Origin: a virus
Taxonomy: Duplodnaviria; Caudoviricetes
Reading direction: 5' to 3' (one strand)
Virus record (IMG/VR): IMGVR_UViG_3300047561_000337
Location: 1 to 40,579 of that record
Length of the DNA stretch: 40,579 nucleotides
The translations under genes and the position numbers were made by a program. Shown here one piece after another: positions 18,233 through 26,520 of the stretch. Each line of letters begins with the position of its first letter. Within the stretch, counting starts at the first letter, position 1. Below the pieces are notes generated by a model. The model searched no databases, was not told where the DNA came from, and worked only from the letters and a program-made list of their open reading frames with translations.

Positions 18233-19552
18233 ATGCCTGATGTAGTAGAGACATCAAGTGATGTCGTTACCGATACAACGCATGGTTTATGTGGTGTATG
18301 TAATGACATGTTTGTAGAGCCAGATGAATCAACACTAAGCAGTGATGTCTGGAATTATAGATTCTCAAAGGTAGAAATATCTAAGAGGGTATCTGGTGAG
18401 AATAACTTACTTGAAATAATCTATGGTCACAAAAGATGTGGCCAACAATGCGATGAATGTAATCGCTATTTCTTGGGTAGTCGTTGGGGTGGTTGGCACG
18501 CAAGTGGTACACCCAAAGTAAAAATGGAATACATTAGTGGCAGAATATATTGTCCTGGATGTACAGAACTATGGCAAGAAACAAATCCAGATTATGTATC
18601 ATGTGATGAATGTAATCAAATGTTTGGTGACTCAGACGATTTATACTGGTCTGAGTTACATCAAGATAGCAGGTGCCGTGATTGTTACAACAGTGAAATA
18701 GAGTGTGATGATTGTGGTGATTGCTTTGGTGAAGAGGACGGTCATAGTTGTGATAGTCGCACTAGAAACTACAGTGAGTATGTGCATAGCTGGAGTTATA
18801 AACCTGACCCTAGATTTTGGGGTGAAGGTAAGTACTACCTTGGCTTTGAGTTAGAGGTAGAAGATACTGATGACAACTATGCAATAGGTGCTGAACTAGC
18901 ACATAATACTCTAAATCCAGTGCGTAATCGCAAGTATCGTGGCTATCTTAAAGGTGATGGTTCATTAGTAAATGGCTTTGAGATTGTTACTCATCCACAT
19001 ACACTTGAAGAGTATCAAAAGAACTTCCCTTGGACTATGCTAACTGAACTTAAGAAGTTAAGATTCAGGTCTTGGAATACTAGTACTTGTGGATTGCACG
19101 TACATGTAAGTCGTACTGCATTCGATAACGATGACCATCAGATTAGATTCATTAAACTAATCTACGATAATGAACGCCAAGTACAGAGGATTGCCGGTCG
19201 TAGTTCTAACTATGCTAGCTTCTCTGACGCAGGTAAGATTATTCCAAAGGTTAAATACAAGAACCAATCAAATGGCAGGTATGCTGCCGTTAATGTTGAA
19301 CCAGATAATACACTAGAAGTTCGTGTGTTTAAGGGTTCATTACATATACCTAGAATATTATCTGGCTTAGAGTTTGTTCAATCAGTAGTTGAATATACTC
19401 GTGAGCTTAAGATAATCCCCAAAGATAAACCATTCTCTTGGGTAAAGTATGTAGGCTACATCGGTTCTAATACCGATAAGTATCCTAACTTGTTTGAGAC
19501 AATCAATCGTTCATTCAATAACGATTCACACAATGAGAGTAGAGAGGACTAA
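18233..19552 (+). CDS. Putative amidoligase (COOH-NH2 ligase, glutamine-synthetase fold) with N-terminal Zn-finger repeats
   Basis: LGFELEVE, KGDGSL..GFEIVTHP, TCGLHVHVSR, RYAAVN and TLEVRVFKGSL motifs; many CxxC in the N-terminal half. Confidence 0.85.
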   Translation: MPDVVETSSDVVTDTTHGLCGVCNDMFVEPDESTLSSDVWNYRFSKVEISKRVSGENNLLEIIYGHKRCGQQCDECNRYFLGSRWGGWHASGTPKVKMEYISGRIYCPGCTELWQETNPDYVSCDECNQMFGDSDDLYWSELHQDSRCRDCYNSEIECDDCGDCFGEEDGHSCDSRTRNYSEYVHSWSYKPDPRFWGEGKYYLGFELEVEDTDDNYAIGAELAHNTLNPVRNRKYRGYLKGDGSLVNGFEIVTHPHTLEEYQKNFPWTMLTELKKLRFRSWNTSTCGLHVHVSRTAFDNDDHQIRFIKLIYDNERQVQRIAGRSSNYASFSDAGKIIPKVKYKNQSNGRYAAVNVEPDNTLEVRVFKGSLHIPRILSGLEFVQSVVEYTRELKIIPKDKPFSWVKYVGYIGSNTDKYPNLFETINRSFNNDSHNESRED

Positions 19553-19554
19553 TC

Positions 19555-20451
19555 ATGTGTATGTTATGCGTACTACCACCAGGAGTTACTCCATCAAGAG
19601 ATAAGTTGGAGAACTCTGCATTAAATAATCCACATGGCTTTGGCTTTGCCATTGCCGTACCTAGTGAGAACAGAATCATAGTAGAGAAAAGCATGGACGC
19701 AGATGAATCTATCAATAGGTTCTTAGCACAGCGTGCTATCTATCAAGATGGCTATGCTATGTGGCATGCCCGGTTCGCTACTCATGGTTCTCGTACGCTA
19801 GAGAATTGCCATCCGTTTGCAGTAGGTCATGATGACCGTACCTATCTCGGACATAACGGTATCTTATCTATTGAGATACCAGATAAAGATGACCGCAGTG
19901 ATACTAAAGTATTTGCTGAGGAGTTATTGCCTAGACTAGGCGGAGTTACTGCACTAGATGATGACTACATCTGGAACATGCTACAAGATTATACGTCTGG
20001 TTCAAAGGTATGTGTCATTACCATTGACCCTGCTGCTAAACATCCTATGTACTTACTTAATGCTGAATCAGGTAAAGAAGATGAGTCAGGTGTATGGTGG
20101 TCTAACGATACATGTAACTTGGGTTACTCTAGTTATGCTACATCAAATGTTACTGGCCGGTATGCTGGTTGGTACAATGACTATGATGATGAGTATGCTT
20201 GGGCTGGATACAATAAGTTAGCTAAGGATACAGTCAAGCAAGAGAAAGTACCTAATGATTTAGAGGTACAAGAATGTTTTAATTGCAACGCATGGGTATC
20301 AGAAGCTGATTTATGGGAGAGCATGGGTACATGTACCTGGTGTGGCTCTTGCTTTGATTGCGAGAACGTTGCTGAACTATGTCAGTGTGGGTACCCAAAT
20401 GGTAGGGTAGGACACACAAAGAAACTAGGACAGGACGCTATCCCGTTCTAG
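19555..20451 (+). CDS. Class II (Ntn) glutamine amidotransferase with C-terminal Cys-rich domain
   Basis: M-C start, NPHGFG, HARFATHG, NCHPF, HNG and SDT motifs. Confidence 0.88.
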   Translation: MCMLCVLPPGVTPSRDKLENSALNNPHGFGFAIAVPSENRIIVEKSMDADESINRFLAQRAIYQDGYAMWHARFATHGSRTLENCHPFAVGHDDRTYLGHNGILSIEIPDKDDRSDTKVFAEELLPRLGGVTALDDDYIWNMLQDYTSGSKVCVITIDPAAKHPMYLLNAESGKEDESGVWWSNDTCNLGYSSYATSNVTGRYAGWYNDYDDEYAWAGYNKLAKDTVKQEKVPNDLEVQECFNCNAWVSEADLWESMGTCTWCGSCFDCENVAELCQCGYPNGRVGHTKKLGQDAIPF

Positions 20452-20500
20452 TGGTACACTAATAAGGCACTAGTTTAGTTCATTTTCTAGTGTCCTTTCC
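20452..20500 (+). promoter_or_regulatory. Extended -10 promoter plus hairpin, unit 1
   Basis: TGG-TACACT at 20452-20460, then AGGCACTAG..CTAGTGTCCT stem. Confidence 0.5.
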
Positions 20501-20501
20501 A

Positions 20502-20556
20502 TGGTGTATAATGTATAGGCTGGGCTAGGCTTTCTCTACTTTCTCCTAGTTCAGCC
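20502..20556 (+). promoter_or_regulatory. -10 promoter plus hairpin, unit 2
   Basis: TATAAT at 20507-20512, then GGCTGGGCTAGG..CCTAGTTCAGCC stem with a pyrimidine loop. Confidence 0.55.
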
Positions 20557-20572
20557 CTTACTAAGGAGTCCA

Positions 20573-20761
20573 ATGATTAAGATTGATGACCACGATTTAC
20601 CTATACACGTTTCATATTCATCACTTACTGAGTGGTTGTCATGTGGATGGAAATATTATTTAAGCAGAGTACAAAAGATTGCTGAGCTACCAGCATGGTG
20701 GTTCTATGGAGGTTCAGCCGTACATAAAGCGACTGAAGAATGGGATAGGTTAAATCCTTGA
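20573..20761 (+). CDS. Cas4/RecB-like PD-(D/E)XK exonuclease, N-terminal part
   Basis: HVSYSSL..WLSCGWKYYL..GSAVHKATE motif; AAGGAG RBS. Confidence 0.8.
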   Translation: MIKIDDHDLPIHVSYSSLTEWLSCGWKYYLSRVQKIAELPAWWFYGGSAVHKATEEWDRLNP

Positions 20762-21387
20762 ACGTATTAGAACATTGGAATGTATGGTGGCAGGCTACTG
20801 CTGATGAGCGAGAAGAATACAATCTAAGCGACACATCTAACTGGCGTATGGCTGCAATGAAATCACGCAATCCAGAGGATGGAGATTGGTGGTATGCAAA
20901 TGGATATAAATTCTTGGAGAACTGGGTGCAATGGCGTGAGGAAAATACTCACATGTCAATCGCTAAGCTGGACGATGGGACGTTAGCAATCGAATTAGAA
21001 TTAGCACCGGTAGTTAATGGAGTGACGGTTAAGATGGCAATCGACCGTGTGTTTTATGATAGCTTCAATAAAGAATATGTAATCGTAGATTTAAAAACAG
21101 GTAAGACTACACCGCATAGTTCATTACAGTTAGCCTTCTATGCATATGGAATCCGTAAACAGTTTGGTTTAAACATCACCAAGGGTTACTACTGGATGGC
21201 ACGTAAGGGAGAATTATCTCCACCGCACGACCTCGCTGGTCTGGATGACAGCAAGGTCGAGACGTTGGTAGATATGTTTGACAAGGCAAGGAAGTCTGGT
21301 ATATTTTTACCTAACTTCGACCATTGTATAATGTGTGGATATACTGCACAATGTCAGTGGTATACACCAAAGGAGAAGCATGAGTAG
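20758..21387 (+). CDS. Cas4/RecB-like PD-(D/E)XK exonuclease, C-terminal part
   Basis: IDRV..IVDLKTG, LQLAFY and C-terminal CxxCxxxxxC; TTG start overlaps the upstream TGA. Confidence 0.85.
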   Translation: MNVLEHWNVWWQATADEREEYNLSDTSNWRMAAMKSRNPEDGDWWYANGYKFLENWVQWREENTHMSIAKLDDGTLAIELELAPVVNGVTVKMAIDRVFYDSFNKEYVIVDLKTGKTTPHSSLQLAFYAYGIRKQFGLNITKGYYWMARKGELSPPHDLAGLDDSKVETLVDMFDKARKSGIFLPNFDHCIMCGYTAQCQWYTPKEKHE

Positions 21388-21817
21388 TACAGAAGCACCA
21401 ATCAGTATCAACATAAGAACTGCATCAGGTACGCAGTTAACAGTACGTGCTAACACAGGTGAGGAACTAGACCAATTAGTTGCTACCTCATTAGCAAGTA
21501 TTCAATCCGCTATAACAGAACTAGAAGTTATAGCTAAGCCATCTCAAGCTCCGACTGCTATTGCATACGCTAAACAAGCGTTCAATGCACAGGAGATACC
21601 GCCTTTTAACCAAGCCCCTCCAACACAATCGTTAGGTGGGGGGCGCACGTGTCCTCACGGTAAGATGACTGCACTCCAAGGTCCAAGCAAGGATGGTGGT
21701 ATCTATAAAGGATACTTCTGCCCTTCTGCTAGAGGTGCATTAGACAAGTGTAAAACTATCTATGTACTTAAGCATGAGCCAGACTGGAATACATTCCTAG
21801 CAGATAAGATTAAATAA
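21380..21817 (+). CDS. Conserved actinophage replication-region protein with C-terminal Zn motif
   Basis: Start at ATG 21380 (AAGGAG RBS); CPHG..YKGYFCP..C. Confidence 0.7.
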   Translation: MSSTEAPISINIRTASGTQLTVRANTGEELDQLVATSLASIQSAITELEVIAKPSQAPTAIAYAKQAFNAQEIPPFNQAPPTQSLGGGRTCPHGKMTALQGPSKDGGIYKGYFCPSARGALDKCKTIYVLKHEPDWNTFLADKIK

Positions 21818-21906
21818 TGTGGCTATGTAAATTAATAGGACATCATTTCTTTACAATAGAAACTAAGCCAACTATCTATATACTATGTCGAAGATGTGGT
21901 GAATGA
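21817..21906 (+). CDS. Tiny Zn-binding peptide (29 aa)
   Basis: TAATG/ATGA coupled; MWLCKLIGHHFFTIETKPTIYILCRRCGE. Confidence 0.55.
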   Translation: MWLCKLIGHHFFTIETKPTIYILCRRCGE

Positions 21907-22724
21907 AAACACTAAGACGTAGCGTACGTAAATCAGAGGTAGGAGGGGAGCCTTTACCGGCTCCCTTTCAAGCCTTCGAACGTGCCGGTATGATACTTAG
22001 ACGTGCAGAAGTTACGGTAATTGCTGGCACTCCTGGTGCTGGTAAGAGTTCTATTGCATTACATATAGCTGCAAGATTAAAACAACCAACATTATATTTT
22101 TCAGCTGATACTAATGCACATACCATGGCTATGCGATTGATTGCTATGTCAGGCAAGATGACTCAACAGCAAGCGGAGAATCTATTAAAACATAATCCAG
22201 ATACTGCTGAGTCTATCCTTGCTAACAACAATCATTTGTATTGGTCATTTGAACCTAGCCCTACACTTAAAGATTTAGATGAAGAGGTTGCTGCATTCGA
22301 GACTATGTGGGGTAGAAGTCCTACCCTTATAGTTGTTGATAACCTAATGGACATCTCAATGGATGGACATGAAGAGTTCTCTGGTATGCGAGCAGCAATG
22401 AAAGAACTTAAGTACCTAGCAAGGGATACCAATGCATGTGTGTTGGTACTGCACCACACTAAAGAAGGATACGAGGGTAGACCATGTCAACCACGCTCAT
22501 CTCTACAAGGTATGGTTAATCAGATACCTGCTATGGTATTAACAGTTGGTCAACAGCTAATGCATGAAGGTAAAGATACATACCTATGTGTAGCACCAGT
22601 AAAGAATCGTTATGGTAAGGCTGACCAAACTGGTAACACATATGTTACCTTAAGTTTTGAACCAGGTTCTATGTATCTAGAAGACACGTATAAAGATTAT
22701 CAACAAGTAGAAATGCCAGTATGA
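21903..22724 (+). CDS. DnaB-like (SF4/RecA fold) DNA helicase
   Basis: Walker A GTPGAGKS, Walker B IVVDNL, VLHHT and KNRYG. Confidence 0.9.
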   Translation: MKTLRRSVRKSEVGGEPLPAPFQAFERAGMILRRAEVTVIAGTPGAGKSSIALHIAARLKQPTLYFSADTNAHTMAMRLIAMSGKMTQQQAENLLKHNPDTAESILANNNHLYWSFEPSPTLKDLDEEVAAFETMWGRSPTLIVVDNLMDISMDGHEEFSGMRAAMKELKYLARDTNACVLVLHHTKEGYEGRPCQPRSSLQGMVNQIPAMVLTVGQQLMHEGKDTYLCVAPVKNRYGKADQTGNTYVTLSFEPGSMYLEDTYKDYQQVEMPV

Positions 22725-23077
22725 GTTCAGCCTCTAAGGCTAAGGGTAGCCAAGCAGAACGTGATGTAGTAAAGTATCTTAAAGAATGGTTCCCTTATGT
22801 AGACCGTCGCTTAGCTGGTGCAACACTAGATAAGGGCGATATATCTGGTATACCTGGAGTCACAATAGAGATTAAAAACCACGCCAAGATGGACTTGGCG
22901 GGGTGGGTAGAAGAATTATTAGTCGAGATGGCTAATGATAAAGCTTGGACAGGTGTAGTGGTACACAAGCGGAAAGGCAAGGGGAATCCATCCGATTGGT
23001 ACGCCACTATGCCTGTTCAAGTATGGATAGATTTACTAAGGAAGGTTACTGATGGAAGAGAAGCACAAGGTAAGTGA
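22721..23077 (+). CDS. Holliday junction resolvase-like PD-(D/E)XK nuclease
   Basis: KAKGSQAERDV..DKGDI..TIEIKN. Confidence 0.75.
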   Translation: MSSASKAKGSQAERDVVKYLKEWFPYVDRRLAGATLDKGDISGIPGVTIEIKNHAKMDLAGWVEELLVEMANDKAWTGVVVHKRKGKGNPSDWYATMPVQVWIDLLRKVTDGREAQGK

Positions 23078-23414
23078 TTACTTAGCTTATCTAGGTGCCA
23101 GCCTGCCATCAGATGGGCATGGCTGGCGTAAGATGAGATGTCCTTTCCACGAAGATAGGACTGCATCATCTGCAATTAACTTTGAACTTAATAAGTTTAA
23201 GTGTCATGGTTGCGGTGTTGCTGGAGACATATATGATTTAATAAAAGAGAAGAGGGGCGGTACATTAAGTGAGGCTATCGAATTCGCACAGACAATTTCT
23301 ACTTCGGGCAACCCAACAGTACGCTTCTCAGGTAGAGGTGGCAAAAGATTATCTACTAACACGTCATCTCTCGGTAGAAGAGGCACAAACATTTCATCTA
23401 GGGGTAGTAGTTGA
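23052..23414 (+). CDS. DNA primase, CHC2 zinc-binding domain
   Basis: CPFHEDRTAS..FKCHGCG..GDIYDL. Confidence 0.88.
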   Translation: MEEKHKVSDYLAYLGASLPSDGHGWRKMRCPFHEDRTASSAINFELNKFKCHGCGVAGDIYDLIKEKRGGTLSEAIEFAQTISTSGNPTVRFSGRGGKRLSTNTSSLGRRGTNISSRGSS

Positions 23415-23898
23415 CCCTATGCCCGGGCATGAGGGCTTTAAGAATAGATTAGCTATACCTTACATAACACCTAGCGGTGTAGTTGACATTCGTTTCCGTG
23501 CAATGGGAGATGTAGACCCTAAGTACATGGGAATGGTAGGCGCAAAGACAACCATGTTTAATACACCAGCATGCTTTGTGCAATCTAAATACATATGTGT
23601 AACCGAAGGAGAGTTTGACTGCATCATGATGTCAGTTAAAACTAATCACCCTACGGTAGGTATTCCAGGTGCTAACAACTGGAAGCCACACTACTCACGC
23701 ATACTAGATGACTTCGATATGGTTATCATATTAACTGATGGAGATACAGCAGGTGCAGAGTTTGGCAAGAAGATAACAAGAGAGTTACCTAACGCAAATG
23801 TTATCGCAATGCCAGAAGGTGAAGACGTAAATAGCGTGTTCATTAAACTAGGAAAGGAATGGATAGATGAACGAGTCAGAAATTGTATTGCTTCTTGA
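23269..23898 (+). CDS. DNA primase, TOPRIM domain
   Basis: RLAIPY, VTEGEFD, GIPGA, DGDTAG and EDVN. Confidence 0.9.
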   Translation: MRLSNSHRQFLLRATQQYASQVEVAKDYLLTRHLSVEEAQTFHLGVVVDPMPGHEGFKNRLAIPYITPSGVVDIRFRAMGDVDPKYMGMVGAKTTMFNTPACFVQSKYICVTEGEFDCIMMSVKTNHPTVGIPGANNWKPHYSRILDDFDMVIILTDGDTAGAEFGKKITRELPNANVIAMPEGEDVNSVFIKLGKEWIDERVRNCIAS

Positions 23899-24181
23899 TG
23901 AAAGTATATGGAATCACGTTAAACATATGGACCAGTCAGTTGGCATACAGCTAACCGAAGATAAAGGTCTTGATATATTGGGTGCTTTGTACGATATCTA
24001 CCATACTAATAAGGAAGATAAAGAACAAGCACAAGAATTGCTAATAGGTTTAGCAGCACTACTAGTAGCCGCTCCATTGGGTCAAGCCGATAGGGTATGG
24101 GAAGAACTAATGGTTCATGAAGGCATGAGAAACTTTGAGCTAAGCGTGGAAGGATTACTTAATGGAAAACATGGAGCATAA
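23867..24181 (+). CDS. Hypothetical protein (104 aa)
   Basis: ORF filling the operon gap. Confidence 0.7.
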   Translation: MNESEIVLLLDESIWNHVKHMDQSVGIQLTEDKGLDILGALYDIYHTNKEDKEQAQELLIGLAALLVAAPLGQADRVWEELMVHEGMRNFELSVEGLLNGKHGA

Positions 24182-24578
24182 TATAGATGTCATCATCGCA
24201 GACCTCAAGAATTTACTACTCAAAAAGCAGCACGATTACGGTCCGCTCAACATATCTAATGCACCCGGTGGTCCTATCAATGGACTACGAGTACGAATGT
24301 ATGACAAACTCGCAAGGATTAACAACCTTTACGAGAAGGGTGGCGACACGCCGAACTACGAATCAGTCGCTGATTCCTTCATGGACCTAGCAAACTATGC
24401 CATAATAGGACTATTGGTTCAAAACGGACAATGGGAAGGCTTGCCTAATGGCAACACATCAACGCCGAATAGTAGTATTGAGCGACCTGCAGATACCTTA
24501 TCAAGACGACAAGAGTGTCAATGCAGTAATGAAGTTCATCAAATGGTACAAGCCCCACGAGTTGTGGTGCGTGGGTGA
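24162..24578 (+). CDS. Nucleotide modification associated domain 1 (DUF1599-like) protein
   Basis: KKQHDYG..VRMYDKLARINNL..ESVADSFMDLANYAII. Confidence 0.75.
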   Translation: MENMEHNIDVIIADLKNLLLKKQHDYGPLNISNAPGGPINGLRVRMYDKLARINNLYEKGGDTPNYESVADSFMDLANYAIIGLLVQNGQWEGLPNGNTSTPNSSIERPADTLSRRQECQCSNEVHQMVQAPRVVVRG

Positions 24579-25200
24579 TGAGCTAGACGCACCCGAACCA
24601 TCGCGTTGGAATAAGGGTATGGCTGGTGAGTACGCACCAACCCTACAAGATTCAATTGATTTAACGTACAACATAATGGCAGACTTTAGAGCAGCACTCG
24701 GTAGAAATAAACCGTTTGTTATTCAAAGGTCTAATCATACGGATAGAATACAGACTTACATTAGAAAATATGCCCCGGCATTCGGCTCTCTTGATACTCT
24801 CAAGATAGAAGAATTGCTGGGGTATCATTCTTTAGACATACAATACCTGCACAAATTTAAAGAACTTCTACCAGGCTGGGTAATGGCACACGGTGATGAA
24901 GGCAGGGCAATACAGACTCCTGGAAGTACAGCCATGTCATTAGCTAATAAGCTAGGCAAGAGTGTCGTATGCGGGCACACACACAAACTGGGACTACAAC
25001 ATCAGACCACTGGATTAAATGGTAAGAACAAAACTATCTATGGTATGGAAGTCGGTCATCTGATGGACATGAAGCAGGCAAGTTACTTAACCTCTGGTGT
25101 AGCTAACTGGCAACAGGGCATAGGTATCTTAGTTGAGAAGAACCGTAAAGTAATTCCTTATACCGTACCTATTATCGATGGAGACATTAAGCTTCCATGA
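24448..25200 (+). CDS. Calcineurin-like metallophosphoesterase
   Basis: SDLQ, GDELD, SNH, AHGD and GHTH motifs. Confidence 0.88.
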   Translation: MATHQRRIVVLSDLQIPYQDDKSVNAVMKFIKWYKPHELWCVGDELDAPEPSRWNKGMAGEYAPTLQDSIDLTYNIMADFRAALGRNKPFVIQRSNHTDRIQTYIRKYAPAFGSLDTLKIEELLGYHSLDIQYLHKFKELLPGWVMAHGDEGRAIQTPGSTAMSLANKLGKSVVCGHTHKLGLQHQTTGLNGKNKTIYGMEVGHLMDMKQASYLTSGVANWQQGIGILVEKNRKVIPYTVPIIDGDIKLP

Positions 25201-25862
25201 AATACAACATTGATAAGTGGCTAGATTACAAGGACATGATGGTACAGATAGCCTCAGAGTATAGGAAAAAATATCCTATGGTTGAGGTAGATGACCTGCA
25301 ACAAGAGATGTATCTCTGGTTTGTTACCCACCCTAATAAGTTTAAAGAGTGGGATGCTCTTGATGAAAAGGATAAGAACAAGCTTATGGCTAAGTCATTA
25401 CGTAATCAATGCCTTAAGTATTGTGAAAAAGAAAAAGCTAAGAATCAAGGCTACGACCTGACAGATTTATATTACTATGATGTGTCAGTCGTTGAAGCTT
25501 TCCTGCCCTCAATTATTACTGAGAGCTATGAGATGCCTACCAAGATTAAAGATTTAAATCTTAAGTTCAACAATGGTGCAATAAATGATGGCATGAACTG
25601 GCTTGCCCTGCGTTCTGATATAGCTAAGGGTTACTACAGATTGCCGGAATCTAAACAGAACATACTGCGCCTTCGCTATATGAATGAACAGACTGAGTGG
25701 TCTGAGCTGGCAGAACATATGGGTACTAGCAGTGCAGATGGTGCACGTAAGAAAGTCGAGAGAGCCTTGGCTTCTATAGTACAAAACCTAGGCGGTTGGC
25801 GTGCTTACTTTGACCAGGATATTCAAGATGAGAATCAAGAGACGAAGCAAAAAGAAGTATAA
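25197..25862 (+). CDS. Sigma-factor-like transcription protein
   Basis: Region-2-like DDLQQEMYLW and region-4-like LPESKQNILRLRY..WSELAEHMG..ARKKVERAL. Confidence 0.7.
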   Translation: MKYNIDKWLDYKDMMVQIASEYRKKYPMVEVDDLQQEMYLWFVTHPNKFKEWDALDEKDKNKLMAKSLRNQCLKYCEKEKAKNQGYDLTDLYYYDVSVVEAFLPSIITESYEMPTKIKDLNLKFNNGAINDGMNWLALRSDIAKGYYRLPESKQNILRLRYMNEQTEWSELAEHMGTSSADGARKKVERALASIVQNLGGWRAYFDQDIQDENQETKQKEV

Positions 25863-26031
25863 CGCTGACTACAGAGGCATACCTACAGAGGTATGTCCTT
25901 GTGGCTCACAGTTATGGAATCTAAAAGTAATGTTTCAAGAGCAAACTATATCTATGTACTTTCTGGATATGGAGTGTGCCCTTTGTGGCAGCTTAGCCAC
26001 TGCTCCTACTGAAGTAGACGGATGTGATTAA
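25828..26031 (+). CDS. Small Zn-ribbon protein
   Basis: DYRGIPTEVCPCGS..ECALCGSLATAPT; start moved to ATG 25828. Confidence 0.65.
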   Translation: MRIKRRSKKKYNADYRGIPTEVCPCGSQLWNLKVMFQEQTISMYFLDMECALCGSLATAPTEVDGCD

Positions 26032-26198
26032 TGCCTACCTATGATTATAAGTGTGATGTATGTTCAAGTCAACAGGAAATAACAAAAGAAATAGGTGATG
26101 AGTCTGTACCTACATGTTGCCAAACAAGTATGACAAGGGTATGGTCTGCCATACCAGCCATCTTTAAGACAGGTGGCTTCTACAAGACAGGCGGATAA
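26031..26198 (+). CDS. FmdB-family zinc ribbon protein (55 aa)
   Basis: MPTYDYKCDVC..PTCC..MTRVWS..IFKTGGFYKT; TAATG coupled on both sides. Confidence 0.8.
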   Translation: MPTYDYKCDVCSSQQEITKEIGDESVPTCCQTSMTRVWSAIPAIFKTGGFYKTGG

Positions 26199-26461
26199 TG
26201 GGGCACTTCAACATAGATGAATACAATAACTACATAGACCCTGCAGAAGAACAATGGAAGTTAGAAGCTAGATGTGCTAACACAGATACCGAGTCTTGGT
26301 TTGTAAATAAAGGTGAAGACTATGACACTGACATATTAGATAAGATTTGCGGACAATGTTCTGTTAAGCTTGCCTGCTTAGAGTATGCTGTTAAATATAG
26401 GATGGCAGGTTACTGGGCTGGTACTACTGGAGATGACAGGAAAAAGTTAAGGGCAGTATAA
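26198..26461 (+). CDS. whiB: WhiB-family Fe-S transcription factor
   Basis: W..EARC..D.ESWF..ICGQCSVKLACLEYA..GYWAG: four Cys plus a G-x-W-x-G turn. Confidence 0.88.
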   Translation: MGHFNIDEYNNYIDPAEEQWKLEARCANTDTESWFVNKGEDYDTDILDKICGQCSVKLACLEYAVKYRMAGYWAGTTGDDRKKLRAV

Positions 26462-26520
26462 TCCCCTACTAACATAGGGTATTATACTGTACAGTACAGT
26501 ACAGGACAGGGAGACACGCA

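Noticed and set aside
20573-21387. CRISPR-associated Cas4
   Set aside because: No repeat-spacer array or other cas genes; stand-alone Cas4-like nucleases are common in phage replication modules
24448-24578. 131-nt overlap between the DUF1599-like gene and the phosphoesterase as a recoding site
   Set aside because: Both domains are complete without it; the extension looks like simple read-on to a late stop
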